Assembly (NCBI GenBank): GCA_045133795.1
Contig: JBGUUT010000108.1
Span: 2,499-66,498 of the forward strand
Direction: 5' to 3'
DNA from: Spirochaetota bacterium
Lineage (GTDB): Bacteria; Spirochaetota; GWE2-31-10
Length of the DNA stretch: 64,000 bases
Below, piece after piece: positions 61,655 to 64,000 of the stretch. How positions within the stretch are numbered: the first letter of the stretch is position 1; every line of letters starts with the position of its first letter. The notes beneath the pieces are model-generated. The model was not told the DNA's origin. It did not search any database and saw only the letters and a program-made list of their open reading frames with translations. The position numbers and the translations under genes were made by a program.

Positions 61655-61686
61655 AGAGACTGTTTTTATAGCAGTCTCTTTTTTAT
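61655..61686 (+). terminator. Orphan Rho-independent terminator 175 bp downstream of nearest gene end
   Basis: agagactg-tttttatag-cagtctct followed by T6. Confidence 0.6.
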
Positions 61687-61805
61687 TTTGAGAATAAGCC
61701 AAAATAAGTATCATAAATTAAATTTATACGTAAGATTAGACATGGACAAATAGGTTGTATTATAATGACTTAATCTAATTATTCCGTACAATTCAGAAAG
61801 AATGA

Positions 61806-62723
61806 GTGATGGAAAGAATTTGGGCTTACAATCAAATGGAAAATAATTATCAACCTTCAACAAAAGCTCCTCTTTCTACATTTCCAACTATTGTCAATAT
61901 AAAAAAATGTGAAGTTTATTGCCGATATCATCATTGTTGGGAACCGATTTTTTCCTTTTCTTCTAATGTTTTAAAAGCAGCCTGTGGAAAATTATATATG
62001 GGGTCATTTTCTTACGAAGGAAAAATTTTTTCTTATGGTTACGAAGTTTTAAAACGCCAAAACTCCTATCAAATAAGAGCATTATCCCAACTTGTTTCCG
62101 TAAAAAATCGAAAGTTAATTAATTTTGATTTCGAAGTAAATACAGAAAGAAAACGCATTTACAAAAATGATTCTATAGTTTTTGAAGAAAAAGACATAAG
62201 AGGATTTTTATGTGATGAGATTTCAAATATACTGCTTGAAGAGATAGGCGAAAGTTTCAAAGAAAAATATGGTATAAAGCCAACTGTTTCTAGTTCATAT
62301 AAAGGATTTGAAGTTGTTCTTGGTTATATGCTTTGTCCTTTTAATGTAAACTTTTATAAAATTGCAAAACATTGGGGCTTAAATCCTTGTGATGCTGATT
62401 TTACATCTTTATCTTCAGGTGATACTCCATCTGCAGAAAATGGAATGTTTTCCTGTATGAATATTAAGCCAACAAAAGTTATACGAAAGCTTTACCAGAA
62501 AAATCCCTATAGCATAATTCCTTACGCAGCAGTAAAAGATTTGGGTTTTACAGATGTAAACTTATTACAAAAGAGCACTAATAAAGATTTTTATATTTTT
62601 TTTAGTTACTACCAGATTTCTTTTGCATCCGGAGAAATTAGTTATCAAATCAGAGATTCTTTGCAGACTTTTATTACGAATATGCTTGCTCTGAGCGACC
62701 AAAAAACGTATGGCATTCTCTAA
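61806..62723 (+). CDS. Hypothetical protein
   Basis: 305 aa, Cys/His cluster near N-terminus (CEVYCRYHHCWEP). No family recognised. Confidence 0.3.
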   Translation: MMERIWAYNQMENNYQPSTKAPLSTFPTIVNIKKCEVYCRYHHCWEPIFSFSSNVLKAACGKLYMGSFSYEGKIFSYGYEVLKRQNSYQIRALSQLVSVKNRKLINFDFEVNTERKRIYKNDSIVFEEKDIRGFLCDEISNILLEEIGESFKEKYGIKPTVSSSYKGFEVVLGYMLCPFNVNFYKIAKHWGLNPCDADFTSLSSGDTPSAENGMFSCMNIKPTKVIRKLYQKNPYSIIPYAAVKDLGFTDVNLLQKSTNKDFYIFFSYYQISFASGEISYQIRDSLQTFITNMLALSDQKTYGIL

Positions 62724-62876
62724 AGCGAACAATAGACATTTTTGTAAACAAACAAATCTCTGAATATATTATTACTGACGGAATCAATATGTATGCTGGA
62801 ATTTCTGCTTTTTTAACAGATAGAGAAAAAAAAGAAATTATTTAATACTTATATCCATGATTTTCTTATCCGTTGA

Positions 62877-63343
62877 CAAAATCAATTATCAAATCAAGAA
62901 AGAAGAATAAAAAATAGAAAAGAAGAGAAAATAAAATTTGATATTGAACAAGAATTTCTAGACCTTGAATATAAATGTGGCGAAGATTTTTACCTTGATA
63001 AAAAAAAGGGGAAAGAATTCCTATTTCAGATGCAGACCGCTGGTGTTTTTATGTTGCAAAAGATTCTTATCAATTAAAAGTTATTGGCAGCGAAATGAGC
63101 AACTGTGTAGGCAGGGGGTATTCAAAAGCAGTACAACAACGTAAAGCTACAATTGTTTATGCCATTTATAAATGCAAGTTTAAGATTTGTATAGAAGTAA
63201 CTCCCCAATTTACAATCCGCCAAGCTTTTGGACCTCATAATTCTCAATTGGAAGGCGATGCCTTTAAAGCTTATTTGGAATGGTGCAAAGAGAAAAAAAT
63301 AAAAAAAATTAGAGTATTTGACCGTCAGCTAGCACCACGCTAA
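62877..63343 (+). pseudogene. Possible frameshifted gene: frame 0 (62877-63076) and frame 2 (63002-63343) are both open and meet at an A7G3 run near 63000
   Basis: Manual translation: frame 0 ..IEQEFLDLEYKCGEDFYLDKKKGKEF.. has no ATG. Frame 2 continues KKGERIPISDADRWCFYVAKDSYQLKVIGSEMSNCVGRGY.. into the 82-aa ORF 63095-63343. Confidence 0.3.
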
Positions 63344-63377
63344 ATATTTTTCGGTTTTGTTAACAAAATAAATTTAT

Positions 63378-63420
63378 AAAAAAGCCTGCGAAAAAAATAT
63401 TTCAATCGCAGGCTTTTTTA
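63378..63420. terminator. Bidirectional terminator between 63095 ORF and murA
   Basis: agcctgcga ... tcgcaggct stem flanked by A-run and T6. Confidence 0.75.
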
Positions 63421-63430
63421 TGTGAAATTA

Positions 63431-64000
63431 TTAATCTTCTTCTACGCTGATGTGAGCTCCCAAGCTCTGCAATTTTGCCGGAAGATTTTCATATCCACGC
63501 TCGATTTGAATAACATTGTGGATTGTACTTTTTCCTTCAGCACATAATGCAGCTATTACAAGAGCCATTCCGGCACGAATGTCCGGACTTGTAAGTGTAG
63601 TTCCGCGTAAATGTGCCGGTCCTGAAATTACGGCTCTGTGTGGGTCACAAAGTATTATTTTTGCTCCCATTGAAACTAACTTATCTACAAAGAACATTCT
63701 GGATTCAAACATTTTTTCAAATACAAGAACTGTTCCTTCAACTTGTGTTGCGGTTACTATTACAATACTCATCAAATCAGGTGGGAATCCTGGCCATGGA
63801 GCATCATCGATTTTCGGAATCATACCGCCGATATCTGATTGTACTTTGAGTTCTTGGTGACCCGGAATAAATATAGATTTTCCGTCTGTTTCCCAGCGAA
63901 TTCCTAATTTACCGAATGTCAAACGTGCCATATTCATGTTTTCCGGTTGGCAGTTAAGGATTTCCATTTCACTTCTGGTAACGGCAGCAAGTCCGATTAA
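63431..64000 (-). CDS. murA: UDP-N-acetylglucosamine 1-carboxyvinyltransferase, 3' part (gene runs off window end)
   Basis: C-terminal MurA domain (..TDGKSIFIPG..; ..PGFPPDLM..; ..IERGYENL..). Frame stays open to the window edge upstream of the Met used by the ORF track. Confidence 0.85.
   Translation of the reverse strand, partial: LIGLAAVTRSEMEILNCQPENMNMARLTFGKLGIRWETDGKSIFIPGHQELKVQSDIGGMIPKIDDAPWPGFPPDLMSIVIVTATQVEGTVLVFEKMFESRMFFVDKLVSMGAKIILCDPHRAVISGPAHLRGTTLTSPDIRAGMALVIAALCAEGKSTIHNVIQIERGYENLPAKLQSLGAHISVEED

Noticed and set aside
1-64000. Search for tRNA, rRNA, CRISPR arrays, transposase/integrase genes and T-box/riboswitch leaders (for example upstream of argS, panB, feoA)
   Set aside because: No GTTCGAATCC-type T-loops, no regularly spaced direct repeats, no DDE/tyrosine-recombinase-like ORFs, and leaders are too short or lack conserved riboswitch cores.
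63961-64000. Apparent one-base discrepancy in the last displayed sequence line (39 nt shown) versus ORF-track coordinates
   Set aside because: Translation of murA is consistent with the ORF-track numbering (aaggatttccat), so treated as a display artefact, not biology.

Overview
The window is low-GC (roughly 30%) bacterial chromosomal DNA covering the replication-origin neighbourhood; the final displayed sequence line is one base short, so coordinates near 63,960–64,000 follow the ORF track. Housekeeping genes identified from motifs:
- dnaX C-terminal part (open to the window start), ybaB, recR.
- A sensor histidine kinase with an OmpR-family response regulator.
- radA, jag/khpB, yidC, yidD, rnpA, rpmH (absent from the ORF track), a DUF721 (DciA-like) protein, recF, dnaN and dnaA.
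- pgeF/yfiH and an RluA-family pseudouridine synthase.
- A V-type ATPase operon in the order E, X, A, B, D, I, K.
- uvrB, a long U32 peptidase, a DtxR-family regulator divergent from feoA-feoB plus a small Cys-rich FeoB-associated ORF, and the convergent rpoN-hpf pair.
- panBCD, a second U32 peptidase, an alpha/beta hydrolase, argS, a sigma-54 enhancer-binding protein, holA, uvrC, rpsT, an HU-family protein, a bactofilin, rho (with an N-terminal extension), rpmE and a hemolysin-III family protein.
- Pyruvate kinase, ybaK, several secreted/lipoprotein/outer-membrane-like ORFs, and the 3' part of murA, which runs off the window end.
Gene content (sigma-54, V-ATPase with an extra ORF between E and A, HU, bactofilin) is compatible with a low-GC spirochete-like organism, but I cannot confirm that.
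The most unusual region is a 2.35-kb insertion between dnaA and dnaN, which are normally adjacent. It carries two unknown ORFs with visibly higher GC. Its boundaries are direct repeats that duplicate the last 33 bp of dnaA; it also contains a 57%-GC, 88-nt element closed by an 8-bp stem and followed (minus strand) by a T-run, which I take as a candidate small structured RNA. It also contains a perfect 12-bp palindrome between the two ORFs.
Other observations: a cluster of seven TTATTAACAAG repeats upstream of dnaA (candidate oriC DnaA boxes), a DtxR-like palindromic operator in front of feoAB, an apparently frameshifted gene at an A-run near 63,000, and an orphan terminator.
No CRISPR array, tRNA, rRNA or transposase/integrase was seen.
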